Positions 30,632 to 39,989 of a stretch of DNA of 64,000 bases are shown piece after piece. The position numbers were made by a program, and so were the translations under genes. Positions within the stretch are counted from its first letter, which is position 1; the number at the start of each line of letters is the position of its first letter. Origin of the DNA: a virus; the IMG/VR virus record IMGVR_UViG_3300042862_000198, positions 32,001 through 96,000 of that record; one strand, written 5' to 3'. The notes below the pieces were generated by a model. The model saw nothing but the letters and a program-made list of their open reading frames with translations. It was not told where the DNA came from and made no database searches.

Positions 30632-32926
30632 ATGGAAGCAATACTTTTAAAAATTGAAGAATTAGGAAAAGAACTTTTTTTAAACAATAATTCTAGATTA
30701 AATACTTCATCTAATATAACTAGTATTTCATATGGTTATAAACATGTTAATAATATTCAAACAGATGAGTTGTGTGTTGTTTATACTGTTAAAGAAAAAA
30801 AACCAATATCAGAACTTTTACCTTCAGAAATTATTTCAAAAACAATATCAATTGATAATGCACTTGTAAAAACTGATGTAAAAGAATTACATAGTATAGA
30901 ATTATTAGTATGTAATCCAGTATGTGGTCAAGTTGCAGGTCCAAATTCTGCAGCTAACAGAGCTCTTACAAGACCATTAAAAGGTGGATTATCAATAACT
31001 TCTACTAATACAGTAACTAGTGTTGGAACAATGGGTTTTATTGCTGTTCATACTGCTACTAATACTTTAGTTGGTGTAACAAATAATCACGTTGTAATAC
31101 AAGATGCATATATTGCTTGTGATAGAGGAAATTCTACTCCATATGAAAATGAATATCAACCAATAAATAGTGTATATCAAAATGGAGAAGCAGGTGTAAT
31201 ACCTCCTCCAAATTATACAATTGGGCAAACATTAAAATATAAACCAATATATGCTAGTACAACAAATGATGTAGATTGTGCTATATTTTCATTAAGACAA
31301 CCAGATATTGATATGACTAATCCTTCAACATCTGGAATGCAAGTAGGAGAAGCTTATACTAATTGTTTACCTTTTGCAACAACTGCAGAAATAAATAATT
31401 TGCTTGTATCTAATCCTATGTTATATTCTTCAGGAAGAACAACAGGACCAAAAGGAGGGGTTGGTTGTCCACTTAGAATACTATCAACATTTAATGCTTT
31501 TCAAATAAATTATCCATTACAAGGTGTTAATGTTCCATGTACTTTTATTAATGTACTTTCATTTGTAAAACCTGAATTTGATCCTAGTTTATCAACCACA
31601 TGTTTTAATCCTATTGTTCCTGGTGATTCTGGTTCAGCATTAATTGCTGATTTTGGAGGAGTTAGAAAAATTATTGGTTTAGTTTTTGCAGGTGCAAAAG
31701 ATTCAGCTGGAAATACTATTATTGGTTATGCATGTAGAATTGATGTTGTAGCTACTCAAATGGGTATACAAGCATGGGATTGTACAAATAAAAGTTTTGT
31801 AGATGAATCATCTATTGTATATAAAACAGTACCTGGATTATCATGTATTGAAACATTACAGTGTTCTCTTTCAGATCCTATATATTATCAAGCTGGAATA
31901 ACTAATACACTTAGCAATCCTTGTCCAACTCCTCTTATAAATGATTTTACTACAACATGGGAAACTACAACTGCAAGTGAATCTATTGAACTACCTTATA
32001 TTGCACCAGGAGATGGAGGAGTTTATTTAGGAACTATTAATTGGGGAGATGGTAATATAACTACTAATAGTTTTGCTAATAGAATTCATACTTATTTAAC
32101 ACCAGGAACTTATACTGTAACAGTAACTGGAACTTGTAAAGGTTGGAACTTTAATAGAACAAATCCATATATTATAACTAATGCAGTACGTGCTAAAATT
32201 AAATCTGTAGTATATTGGGGACAATTACAATCTCATCCTGGTGCTTTTCCTGGTACTGGTTTTGAGGGTATGTTTTATGATTGTATAAATTTAAATTTAA
32301 ATTTAGTTTTAGATACTTTAAATCTAACAGGAGTTGTTTCATTATCTGGAATGTTTAGTGGCTGTTCTTCTATTACTTCAGTTAACGGTATTAATTTTTG
32401 GATTACTTCAGGAATTACTTATATGTCTCAAATGTTTCAGAATTGTTTTTCTTTCAATCAACCATTAAGTTTTGATACTTCAGCAGTTATTAATATGAAT
32501 AGTATGTTTTTTGGGTGCTCGGTGTTTGATTCACTATTAACATTTAATACCTCTGCAGTAATTGATATGCAGTATATGTTTATAAATTGTACTAATTTTG
32601 ACCAACCATTAAATTTTAATACTATATTAGTTAATAATATGCAGTATATGTTTAATGGTGCCACAGCATTTGATCAAAATATAGGAGCATGGAATATAAC
32701 AAGTGTTACTAATTTCTCAAACTTTATGTTAGGCAAAACACCTGCAACTTGGTCTCAAACAAATTTTGATAATCTTTTATGTGGATGGAGTTCTCAAACA
32801 GTTAATCCAAATTTAATTATAAATTTTGGAACAGCTAATTTTACAAATGCAACAGGATTAGCATGTAAAAATGTTTTAACTGGTGCACCTAATAATTGGA
32901 TAGTAAATAGTGGTGGAGGTGTTTAA
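30632..32926 (+). CDS. Trypsin-like serine protease domain fused to PKD-like and DUF285/BspA-like repeats
   Basis: Catalytic triad motifs TNNHV, DCA, GDSGS; WGDGN; repeats of MF..C..FNQPL.F.TS.V. Confidence 0.75.
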   Translation: MEAILLKIEELGKELFLNNNSRLNTSSNITSISYGYKHVNNIQTDELCVVYTVKEKKPISELLPSEIISKTISIDNALVKTDVKELHSIELLVCNPVCGQVAGPNSAANRALTRPLKGGLSITSTNTVTSVGTMGFIAVHTATNTLVGVTNNHVVIQDAYIACDRGNSTPYENEYQPINSVYQNGEAGVIPPPNYTIGQTLKYKPIYASTTNDVDCAIFSLRQPDIDMTNPSTSGMQVGEAYTNCLPFATTAEINNLLVSNPMLYSSGRTTGPKGGVGCPLRILSTFNAFQINYPLQGVNVPCTFINVLSFVKPEFDPSLSTTCFNPIVPGDSGSALIADFGGVRKIIGLVFAGAKDSAGNTIIGYACRIDVVATQMGIQAWDCTNKSFVDESSIVYKTVPGLSCIETLQCSLSDPIYYQAGITNTLSNPCPTPLINDFTTTWETTTASESIELPYIAPGDGGVYLGTINWGDGNITTNSFANRIHTYLTPGTYTVTVTGTCKGWNFNRTNPYIITNAVRAKIKSVVYWGQLQSHPGAFPGTGFEGMFYDCINLNLNLVLDTLNLTGVVSLSGMFSGCSSITSVNGINFWITSGITYMSQMFQNCFSFNQPLSFDTSAVINMNSMFFGCSVFDSLLTFNTSAVIDMQYMFINCTNFDQPLNFNTILVNNMQYMFNGATAFDQNIGAWNITSVTNFSNFMLGKTPATWSQTNFDNLLCGWSSQTVNPNLIINFGTANFTNATGLACKNVLTGAPNNWIVNSGGGV

Positions 32927-33022
32927 TATATAATACTTTAAATCAACCTATATGCTTTTTTAAAAATAAACAATAGTTGCAAGTCTTAATAAAATTTTGT
33001 ATATTATATTAATAGTAAACTT

Positions 33023-35539
33023 ATGAAACCATTAAATTACGATAACTCTCCATGTAGTCCAACATCATCTAACTGTGTTATTTGGCAAGGACCTAATTTA
33101 CATTGTATTAAATTATGTACAGGAGATACTATATCAGATGTAATTGCAAATCTTGCAACTGAATTATGTACAGTAATGGATCAGTTATCTATTACAAATT
33201 ATGATCTTTCTTGTTTTAATTTAGTTGGTTGTAAACCAGAAACTTATCAAGAACTGTTACAATTTTTAATAGAACAGATTTGTTTAGCACAAGGTATATC
33301 TCCAACAACTGTTGATGGTAAAAGTAATGATGCTTTAATAACTGTAGCACCTTGTTTCATAGTTAATGGAATTACTGTAATGTCATTAACTGATTATGTA
33401 ATTGCAATAGGACTTAGAATTTGTAATATAATTGATCAAATTTCAATTATTAATAATACACTTAATGAGTTAAATATAAGAGTTTCAATATTAGAAGATG
33501 CTGTACCACCTACATATACATTACCATCTATTACTAGTGATTGTATATTACAAAATAGTCCTCAAATTGGAGGTAGTGGTTCTGGGCCAGTTCCTCTTGA
33601 TCAATTATTAAGTATTCTTATAAATGATGATAATAATGGATACTGTGCATTAAGAAGTGCAACTGGATTACCTGTTGACTTAGTTAATTCTGTATTATCA
33701 CAATGTATATTAAATTCTGATTTACAGTTATCTAATAATTTACCATTTTCTAATAATCCAAATTGGGAATCTAATTGGAATGTTGCTCCTACTATTACTG
33801 TAGCATCTTCAATAAATAATATTTGGGTAGCACTTTGTGATATATATAATTATTTAAATACACCACTAGGGTTAACAATTACTGAAACTGTTTGTGAAAC
33901 TGGTATTTCAGATGATGCAGATATTTATGGTTATATAGATAGTTCTTCTGGACCATATAATGGATCTAGTGCAATTGCTATACAAAATAGAGCAATAGTA
34001 TGTTCAGCACTTAATGCTTGGTTTGTGAATTATCAATTAGCAAATCCAAGTTATACTGGTAATCTTTATATTTTTTCTACACCTATTGAAACCTATTTAA
34101 GTCATCCTAATAGTATTAAGTTAGGTCTTAATTTTAGTCAAACTTGGTTAAATCCTGCTGATGGTACTACTACAGGAGCTGTAGTACCTCCAGGTTATGC
34201 ACCTGGATGGGCTGGACCTACTGCAATGTTATTTGTAGCATTTGTAAATGAATCTAATGCTGTATATCATAGTGCTACTGTTCCTCCTTCTTTAATTAGT
34301 CCTGCCCAACCAACTGCTACATGGACTAGTAACTTTAATACATTTGTATTAGATTATAATACATATTGGTCTAGTTTTAATGCTGTTATATATCCAGCAT
34401 ATACAGCTAGTGCTAATGAAGAAAATTTTTTACTTCAAGCTTATGCTGCTACAAATAATGTAGATATTTCATTAGCTGGTTTAAGTGGAGCACTTGGAGT
34501 AAATTATAACTCTGCACTAACTAGTTTTGGAGGAACAAATGTTGGACCTGGAAGTAATGTTTATTTAGCTGCAAGTCAAGGTTTATGGAGTTATGGTTGG
34601 GGATCAATACTTAATAAAGCTGTAGATGGAGCAGGATTGCTTACATTTACAACTGTAGAATTTGAAACTGACTTAAATAATTTATTAATTGGAGATACTT
34701 CTTGTAATTCAGAATCTTTAATTGAATCTTGGGATCCTATTTCACAGTCTTTAGTATTAAGACAAATAACATCATGTTGCTTAGATTTAAGTGTAACTTC
34801 TGAAGGATGTCTTTCTATAGAGTGTGCACCCGGAAGTTTAGCAATTGTAGAAGCTGGATCAAATATAGTTCTTCAAAATAATACTATAGGAACAACAACA
34901 ACATATACTGTTAATAGTGCTGGCTTAGATTATTATTTTGCAAATGTTTTAATAGGAGGACCTAATGGTTGTAATACTGTTACTGCAAGTATCCCTTCTG
35001 TAAGCAATGCTCCTGGTAAAACAGTTGCATATGGAGGTAATAATTATTCTGTGCCAAATAGAGTTCAAGATGTATTAAATTATAATTATGTAGATTCAAA
35101 TGGAACTTATGTAGATTCTAGAGGAGGTACATCTTATGTTACAACTCCACCAACATCACCATTCTTATCTCTTGATAATGCTACTGGAATATTTACTATA
35201 TCTGAAGCAGGAGAATACTCATTAACTATGTCTTGTTCTTTAAAAGCATCTCAAAATAATGATGCTTATTGGAAAACAACTGGAACAGATGGACGTTTTG
35301 ATATAGGTATATGTAGTGGAGGTACTAATTCTAGAGAAATATTTGCTGGTGCTTCAAAAAATATTGTTACAAATATGGATAGCAATGTACTAGTTACTGC
35401 ACAATGCACAACACTGTTAGAAATTAATGATCAAGTAATTTTTAGATTATTAAATTTAACAGATGTAAATTATAATGGTGGTGCTTATGGTAATTCAGAT
35501 AGTATAAGTGTTAGTATAGTAAAACTTAGAGATTTATAA
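33023..35539 (+). CDS. Tail fibre-like protein
   Basis: Cys-rich N-terminus (SSNCVIWQG), coiled coil, and C-terminal C1q/BclA-like beta domain (TGIFTISEAGEY). Confidence 0.6.
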   Translation: MKPLNYDNSPCSPTSSNCVIWQGPNLHCIKLCTGDTISDVIANLATELCTVMDQLSITNYDLSCFNLVGCKPETYQELLQFLIEQICLAQGISPTTVDGKSNDALITVAPCFIVNGITVMSLTDYVIAIGLRICNIIDQISIINNTLNELNIRVSILEDAVPPTYTLPSITSDCILQNSPQIGGSGSGPVPLDQLLSILINDDNNGYCALRSATGLPVDLVNSVLSQCILNSDLQLSNNLPFSNNPNWESNWNVAPTITVASSINNIWVALCDIYNYLNTPLGLTITETVCETGISDDADIYGYIDSSSGPYNGSSAIAIQNRAIVCSALNAWFVNYQLANPSYTGNLYIFSTPIETYLSHPNSIKLGLNFSQTWLNPADGTTTGAVVPPGYAPGWAGPTAMLFVAFVNESNAVYHSATVPPSLISPAQPTATWTSNFNTFVLDYNTYWSSFNAVIYPAYTASANEENFLLQAYAATNNVDISLAGLSGALGVNYNSALTSFGGTNVGPGSNVYLAASQGLWSYGWGSILNKAVDGAGLLTFTTVEFETDLNNLLIGDTSCNSESLIESWDPISQSLVLRQITSCCLDLSVTSEGCLSIECAPGSLAIVEAGSNIVLQNNTIGTTTTYTVNSAGLDYYFANVLIGGPNGCNTVTASIPSVSNAPGKTVAYGGNNYSVPNRVQDVLNYNYVDSNGTYVDSRGGTSYVTTPPTSPFLSLDNATGIFTISEAGEYSLTMSCSLKASQNNDAYWKTTGTDGRFDIGICSGGTNSREIFAGASKNIVTNMDSNVLVTAQCTTLLEINDQVIFRLLNLTDVNYNGGAYGNSDSISVSIVKLRDL

Positions 35540-35551
35540 AAATAAAAAATA

Positions 35552-38500
35552 ATGAGCTGTAATAACACTAATAGTACTTGTACTAATTGTAATCATAACT
35601 ATAGTAGTTGTAATAACAAATGTGCAAAATGTGGATGTAGAGATAGTTTTTTAACTAGTCCTCCTTCATGCCCTACTCCTCAAGGTTGTCCAGATCCAAT
35701 CCCTTGTCAAGAAGTATTAAGTTCAGATTGTGTTATATACACTGGAGTTCCAATTATGTGTGATGATGTGGTAATTATACCATCTGATTCAACTATGACT
35801 GAAGCACTTATGGCTCTTGTAGATTTTATGTGTGGATGTTGTGGAACACCACAACCTGCTGTTAGTTATAATTGTCTTACTGGTGTTTGTTTTGATCCGG
35901 GAGATGGTACGGGAATTTATCCAACATTAGCTGCTTGTCAAACTGTATGTACTGAACCAACTCAACCATCTTGGAATTGTGTAAATGGTACTTGTATAGA
36001 TCCAGGAAATGGTTCAGGACAATATTTATCTTTAAGTGCTTGTCAAACTAATTGTATACCAACACCAGTTACTTATAATTGTGTGAGTGGTAACTGTGTA
36101 AATCCAGGTGATGGTTCAGGTATGTATGGTACTCTTGCTCAATGTCAACAATTTTGTGAAGATGTATATGAATCTTATGATTGTCTTAATGGAGTTTGTA
36201 GTGATCCAGGAGATGGATCAGGAGTATACCCAACACTACTAGCTTGTGATACTGCTTGTACTTTTCCACCACCTAACATTTCTTATAATTGTCTTAATGG
36301 TAATTGTACTGATCCGGGTGATGGTTCAGGTGTTTATCCTACATTACTTGATTGTACAAATGTTTGTGCTGATCCACCTCAAGTTTCTTATAATTGTTTC
36401 TTAGGTCAATGTACAGATCCAGGAAATGGTTCTGGAGTATATCCTACATTATTAGCTTGTCAAACAGCTTGTGTACCAATTGCTCCTGTTAGTTATAATT
36501 GTGTAAGTGGAAATTGTGTTGATCCTGGTAATGGTTTAGGACTTTATCCTACATTAAATGCATGTGAAGTTGTATGTAATCCTACTCCACCAATAACACC
36601 TTGTAATACAGAATGTGAATTAGCTATAATGGCACCACTTCCAGGAACTACATTAGTGTATAGTGGTTATACTATTACTAGTACTAGTAGTTATACTCCT
36701 CTTTACTCTTTTAATCCTGCTAATACATTATCTTGTAATTTACAAAATATTTTTAGTGGTGCAGTATGGTTTGATTGGGGTTTTGGACCACTTTTTCCTG
36801 GTGGGCCATTTGTTGATATACCTTTTACTTATACATTAAATTTTAGTTCACCAATTAATAATGTATATATATTTTTGCTTGGATATAGTGCTGTAGGTGC
36901 GCCAAATCCAAATACTCCTGGTGCTGAATCATTTGTATTTACAACAAATGCAGGATTTGTTGATATAACTTGTGCTGATTATTGTTGCGCTACTATTACT
37001 GGTGGAAATACTGTTACAGCAATGAATGGTCCAGGTATTAATTGTCTTCCTGATACATTTTGTATTCCTGGGACCTGTAATGGTAGTGGTGCTTTTATAA
37101 TTTCAAGTTCTCTTCCATATACATCTTTAACTATAACAGGATCAGGTGGACAGGCTGGAGTTAATATAGGTTTATGTGAAGCTCAATTTGGTACATCAAG
37201 TACAAGTACAATATATACTACTTTTGATGCTCTTCCTATACCTGCTGTTAGTTATGATTGTGTAGATTGTGAATGTGTTTCTGTAGCAGGTCCTAGTGGA
37301 CAATTTCAAACATTAAGAGCTTGTCAAGCTAATGGATGTGAAGCTAATAAATTTGTTACAACATGGGAAACTACTACAGCAAGTGAAAGTATTACTTTAC
37401 CTTATTATTTAGGAGGTAATTACGCAGGTACTATAGATTGGGGAGATGGTAATACAAGTGTTAATAGTTTTGCTACTTCTACACATATTTATGCTACTCC
37501 AGGAATATACACTGTAACCATATGTGGAAGAATTGCTGGTTGGAATTTTTCAACAACTTCTACTAGTGTTTTAAAAATTAAATCAGTAGTAACATGGGGA
37601 CAATTAACTTTAGGAGCTGATACAGGAGGTTATTTTAATGGTTGTACTAACTTAGATTTAAGTTCAGTTACAGATACTTTAGATTTATTTGGTACAGGCA
37701 TTACTAATTTTCAAAATATGTTTCTTGGTTGTACATCTATTACAACAATTAACAATATAAATTTTTGGGACACTTCAGCAATTACAAGTATGGGTAGTAT
37801 GTTTAGTGGTTGTTCATCATTTAATCAACCATTAAGTTTTGATACTTCATTTGTTACTTATATGGTTTTTATGTTCCGAGATTGCATAGTATTTAATAGT
37901 GCATTAACATTTAATACTTTTGCAGTTACTGGTATGAGTGCTATGTTTTATAATTGTTCATTATTTGATCAACCATTAAATTTTAACACTTCAGTTGTTA
38001 CTGATATGGATCAAATGTTTTTTAATTGTATTAATTTTAATTCACCATTAACATTTACAAGTACTTCATTAGTTACTGGTATGGGTGCTATGTTTTCTGG
38101 TTGCACAGCATTTAATCAAGCATTAAATTTTGATACATCAGCAGTTCAAAATATGAGTGGTATGTTTTCTGGTTGCACAGTATTTAATCAACCATTGAAT
38201 TTTAATACAGGAGCAGTAAATAATATGAATAGTATGTTTTTTAATGCTACATCATTTAATCGACCATTAACTTGGAATACAGGATTAGTTGCTACTATGG
38301 CTAGTATGTTTATGAATGCTACTGCATTTCAACAAAACATAGGTTCTTGGGATATATCAAGTGTTACTAATTTTACAAACTTTATGACAGGTAAAACACC
38401 TGCAACATGGCCTACAACATATTTTGATAATCTGTTGTGTGGATGGAGTCCACAAACAGTTGTACCTAGTCTTACAATAAATTTTGGAACAGCTAGTTAT

Positions 38501-38584
38501 ACAACTTTAACAGGAGGACCATGCAGAACTGTTTTACAAGCTGCACCAAAACTTTGGACTATAAATAGTGGACCAGGAGTTTAA
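35552..38584 (+). CDS. Fibre/surface protein with Cys-rich tandem repeats, PKD-like and DUF285-like repeats
   Basis: SSDCVIYTG N-terminal motif, 7+1 four-Cys repeats, IDWGDG, MF..C..FNQPL repeats. Confidence 0.7.
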   Translation: MSCNNTNSTCTNCNHNYSSCNNKCAKCGCRDSFLTSPPSCPTPQGCPDPIPCQEVLSSDCVIYTGVPIMCDDVVIIPSDSTMTEALMALVDFMCGCCGTPQPAVSYNCLTGVCFDPGDGTGIYPTLAACQTVCTEPTQPSWNCVNGTCIDPGNGSGQYLSLSACQTNCIPTPVTYNCVSGNCVNPGDGSGMYGTLAQCQQFCEDVYESYDCLNGVCSDPGDGSGVYPTLLACDTACTFPPPNISYNCLNGNCTDPGDGSGVYPTLLDCTNVCADPPQVSYNCFLGQCTDPGNGSGVYPTLLACQTACVPIAPVSYNCVSGNCVDPGNGLGLYPTLNACEVVCNPTPPITPCNTECELAIMAPLPGTTLVYSGYTITSTSSYTPLYSFNPANTLSCNLQNIFSGAVWFDWGFGPLFPGGPFVDIPFTYTLNFSSPINNVYIFLLGYSAVGAPNPNTPGAESFVFTTNAGFVDITCADYCCATITGGNTVTAMNGPGINCLPDTFCIPGTCNGSGAFIISSSLPYTSLTITGSGGQAGVNIGLCEAQFGTSSTSTIYTTFDALPIPAVSYDCVDCECVSVAGPSGQFQTLRACQANGCEANKFVTTWETTTASESITLPYYLGGNYAGTIDWGDGNTSVNSFATSTHIYATPGIYTVTICGRIAGWNFSTTSTSVLKIKSVVTWGQLTLGADTGGYFNGCTNLDLSSVTDTLDLFGTGITNFQNMFLGCTSITTINNINFWDTSAITSMGSMFSGCSSFNQPLSFDTSFVTYMVFMFRDCIVFNSALTFNTFAVTGMSAMFYNCSLFDQPLNFNTSVVTDMDQMFFNCINFNSPLTFTSTSLVTGMGAMFSGCTAFNQALNFDTSAVQNMSGMFSGCTVFNQPLNFNTGAVNNMNSMFFNATSFNRPLTWNTGLVATMASMFMNATAFQQNIGSWDISSVTNFTNFMTGKTPATWPTTYFDNLLCGWSPQTVVPSLTINFGTASYTTLTGGPCRTVLQAAPKLWTINSGPGV
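35861..36580 (+). repeat. Seven tandem ~105-bp coding repeats
   Basis: Protein consensus SYNC..G.C.DPG[DN]GSG.YPTL.AC...C. Confidence 0.85.
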
Positions 38585-38624
38585 TATATATTTTAATTAA
38601 AATATATTAATTTATATTATAAAG

Positions 38625-38692
38625 AAGTTACAGTTTGTTGGTTACTGTGGCAACAAGACAATACCCTCGCACTTGTGAGGGTTTTGTTTTTT
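38625..38692 (+). ncRNA. Candidate small regulatory RNA (5' stem-loop plus terminator hairpin)
   Basis: GC-enriched island in an AT-rich gap, with TATATTAT at 38613-38620 upstream. Stem 38627-34/38644-51 with loop UUGUUGGUU, antisense to AACCAACAA gene leaders. Confidence 0.5.
38658..38692 (+). terminator. Rho-independent terminator
   Basis: accctcgc-actt-gtgagggt stem followed by tttgtttttt. Confidence 0.8.
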
Positions 38693-38748
38693 ATACTATC
38701 TTTACATTTGTTAATCTCAGTAATTTTTAGTATATTAATATATAAAGT

Positions 38749-39330
38749 ATGAAAGAATTTAAAAAACCAGATGTTAAGGCTCCAAGGTTTAGGCCGGAAA
38801 CAAAGAATATTTTAACTAAAGAATTTTTTATTTTATTTAAAAAGAAATATCCAAAATATAAAACAATTGATAATATAGAGTTAAGAAAAATTATAAAAAA
38901 ATTTAATCAAGTTGTATATCAAACAGTAATTGATAATAGAGATGGTGTACAACTTCCAGAACAAATTGGATGGCTTTTTATTGGAACATGTCAACAAAGT
39001 AAAAAAGAAAATATTGACTATGCAAAATCATTAAAGTATGGATTGAGAGTAAGCAATAAAAATTGGGATTCAGATGGTAAGTTAGCAAAAATATTTTTTT
39101 CTAATCATGCACCAAAACATAAAATTAAGAATAGAGAATTTTGGAGTTTTGTAGCATGTAGAGAATTTAAAAGATCAGTTGCAAAATCTTATCCTGAAAA
39201 TTGGCAAATGTATGTAGAAGCTAATCCTCAAACTAAATTACAATATACTTATGGAAGAACTCTATATAAAAATGTAATATTAAAAAATACAGAAAAAGAA
39301 CTTCAAAAATATAATGACTTTGAATTATGA
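38749..39330 (+). CDS. IHF/HU-like protein of the crAss tail module
   Basis: LRKIIKKFN......IDNRDGVQLPEQIGWL pattern; position before the ring genes. Confidence 0.55.
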   Translation: MKEFKKPDVKAPRFRPETKNILTKEFFILFKKKYPKYKTIDNIELRKIIKKFNQVVYQTVIDNRDGVQLPEQIGWLFIGTCQQSKKENIDYAKSLKYGLRVSNKNWDSDGKLAKIFFSNHAPKHKIKNREFWSFVACREFKRSVAKSYPENWQMYVEANPQTKLQYTYGRTLYKNVILKNTEKELQKYNDFEL

Positions 39331-39989
39331 CAACAATTGGTGAAACTATATCAAGAGTAAGAAATACATTAAAAGCTGTAAAAGAAGATGCTTTTTTAAC
39401 AGATAGAATAATTTATTCTTCATTATTAAAATATGCACAAACATTAATTAAAAGAGAAGACAATCAATTTAGACTAATGAAGATTAGTTCTTTATTTAGA
39501 GTTCTTCCTTATATAGAATTAATAGATGTAGATAAAGTAGAAGCTGGTTGTCTTGGAGTATATTCAGGTTGTTATTTCAAAAGGTCAAAAGAAAAGATTC
39601 CGGGAATATTAAATGGAATGGCAGGACCTATTATACGTACTACATCTTCAATAGATGGTACTATAGAAATGTTTAGAACAGATCCAGGTACCTGGGTTTC
39701 TATGACTAAAACTACAACTTGGAAATATAATAGAAATTTTTATTTTTGGTATTTAGATGGTTACATATATTGTCCTAATGTAGATTGGGAAGCAATAAGA
39801 ATGGAAGCTATCTTTGAAGGTACCCTTGAAACATGTGATACTAAAGAATGTGAAACAAGACAAAATGAACCTTTCTCATTACCAGAATATTTATTTTCTG
39901 AAGTAGAACAATTTGTAATAAAAGAATTAACTATAACTATGTCAATTCCAACAGATGGACCTGATGATAGTCAAAATACACTTAGATAA
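39327..39989 (+). CDS. Tail ring protein
   Basis: crAss tail synteny; YFWYLDGYIY and P.D..DDS C-terminus. Confidence 0.55.
   Translation: MTTIGETISRVRNTLKAVKEDAFLTDRIIYSSLLKYAQTLIKREDNQFRLMKISSLFRVLPYIELIDVDKVEAGCLGVYSGCYFKRSKEKIPGILNGMAGPIIRTTSSIDGTIEMFRTDPGTWVSMTKTTTWKYNRNFYFWYLDGYIYCPNVDWEAIRMEAIFEGTLETCDTKECETRQNEPFSLPEYLFSEVEQFVIKELTITMSIPTDGPDDSQNTLR

Noticed and set aside
35861-36580. CRISPR array
   Set aside because: The repeats are degenerate, in-frame coding units without a constant repeat/unique spacer structure.
31945-38584. Diversity-generating retroelement TR/VR pair
   Set aside because: Both copies are coding, the differences are not adenine-specific, and no reverse transcriptase is present in the window.
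38585-38748. tRNA gene in the intergenic gap
   Set aside because: No cloverleaf or T-loop (GTTCRA) consensus. No tRNA was noticed in the other short gaps either.
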